DNA from: a bacterium
GTDB taxonomy: Bacteria > Bacillota > Clostridia > Peptostreptococcales > Anaerovoracaceae
DNA length: 64,000 nucleotides
NCBI GenBank assembly: GCA_963601575.1
Contig: CAVCFO010000003.1
Span: 33,472 to 97,471 of the forward strand
Reading direction: 5' to 3'
Every line of letters begins with the position of its first letter. The stretch's first letter is position 1. The notes under the pieces were generated by a model. That model saw only the letters and a program-made list of their open reading frames with translations, was not told the origin of the DNA and did not search any database. Positions 63,855 through 64,000 of the stretch are shown one piece after another. The position numbers and the translations under genes are program-made.

Positions 63855-63883
63855 TTGACGGAGGATGCAAAAGAGTTTAGAAT
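63855..63883 (+). promoter_or_regulatory. sigma-A promoter for the unidentified gene starting near 63962
   Basis: TTGACG-17 nt-TAGAAT. An open frame (MMSEFEVVSEEGQ...) runs off the end of the window. Confidence 0.4.
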
Positions 63884-64000
63884 ACATTTTATCGATGATT
63901 AGAGAAAACAAGGGCAGTCTTAACAGGCTGCCTTTGTGAGTGGATATGCAAAAAGGTGGATATGATGAGTGAGTTTGAGGTAGTTTCGGAAGAAGGACAA

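Noticed and set aside
1-64000. Prophage, integrative element, defence island, CRISPR-Cas or tRNA/rRNA loci
   Set aside because: I found no integrase, recombinase, transposase, cas, restriction-modification, toxin-antitoxin pair or cloverleaf-like tRNA sequence in any gap. Apart from the highly expressed bcd-etf genes, composition looks uniform by eye. The window is core chromosome with a few accessory-like operons.

Overview
This is a 64-kb stretch of core chromosome from a Firmicute of the class Clostridia. The taxon is an inference from gene content and order, which look Lachnospiraceae-like, and from mid-range GC. I call about 58 tightly packed protein genes. I see no rRNA, tRNA, CRISPR array, integrase or transposase. 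Gene order: cdsA'-dxr-rseP-ispG-polC; then on the minus strand a Zn-type ABC importer (znuA-C-B), an 844-aa transglutaminase-like wall protein, a YtrA/GntR-ABC-membrane module and an orphan XRE regulator. Next come ylxM-ffh-rpsP-KH-rimM-trmD, a HlyD-like gene, yggS-sepF-divIVA-lspA-rluD and a flavin reductase. A more accessory-looking islet follows: a 36-aa ClpX-type zinc-ribbon sORF (below the ORF-track cutoff) divergent from a MacB-type ABC operon (ATPase, 606-aa CARDB-like Ig-repeat protein, FtsX permease). Then nrdR-cmk, radC-mreBCD-mrdA-minD, rodA (minus), rny, a MATE pump, nifS-[319-bp repeat-bearing structured spacer]-thiI, and bcd-etfB-etfA (ferredoxin fusion). On the minus strand lie metF, a MetH activation protein, metH (core) and a dapB-like gene. 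The window ends with an amino-acid ABC importer, a Na/Pi cotransporter (minus), an orphan BceAB-like ABC, an alpha/beta hydrolase and rlmN. The most notable observation is polC: the reading frame is intact, but the whole DnaQ-like 3'-5' exonuclease insert is missing while a full PHP metal-ligand set is retained. Secondary leads are the MacB/CARDB operon with its zinc-ribbon sORF and repeated 11-mers, the nifS-thiI spacer (66-bp perfect direct repeat plus long helices), a MinD with no MinC, MinE or membrane-targeting helix, and a 9-nt tandem repeat abutting the trmD start codon. All functional calls come from motif recognition by eye; no searches were run.
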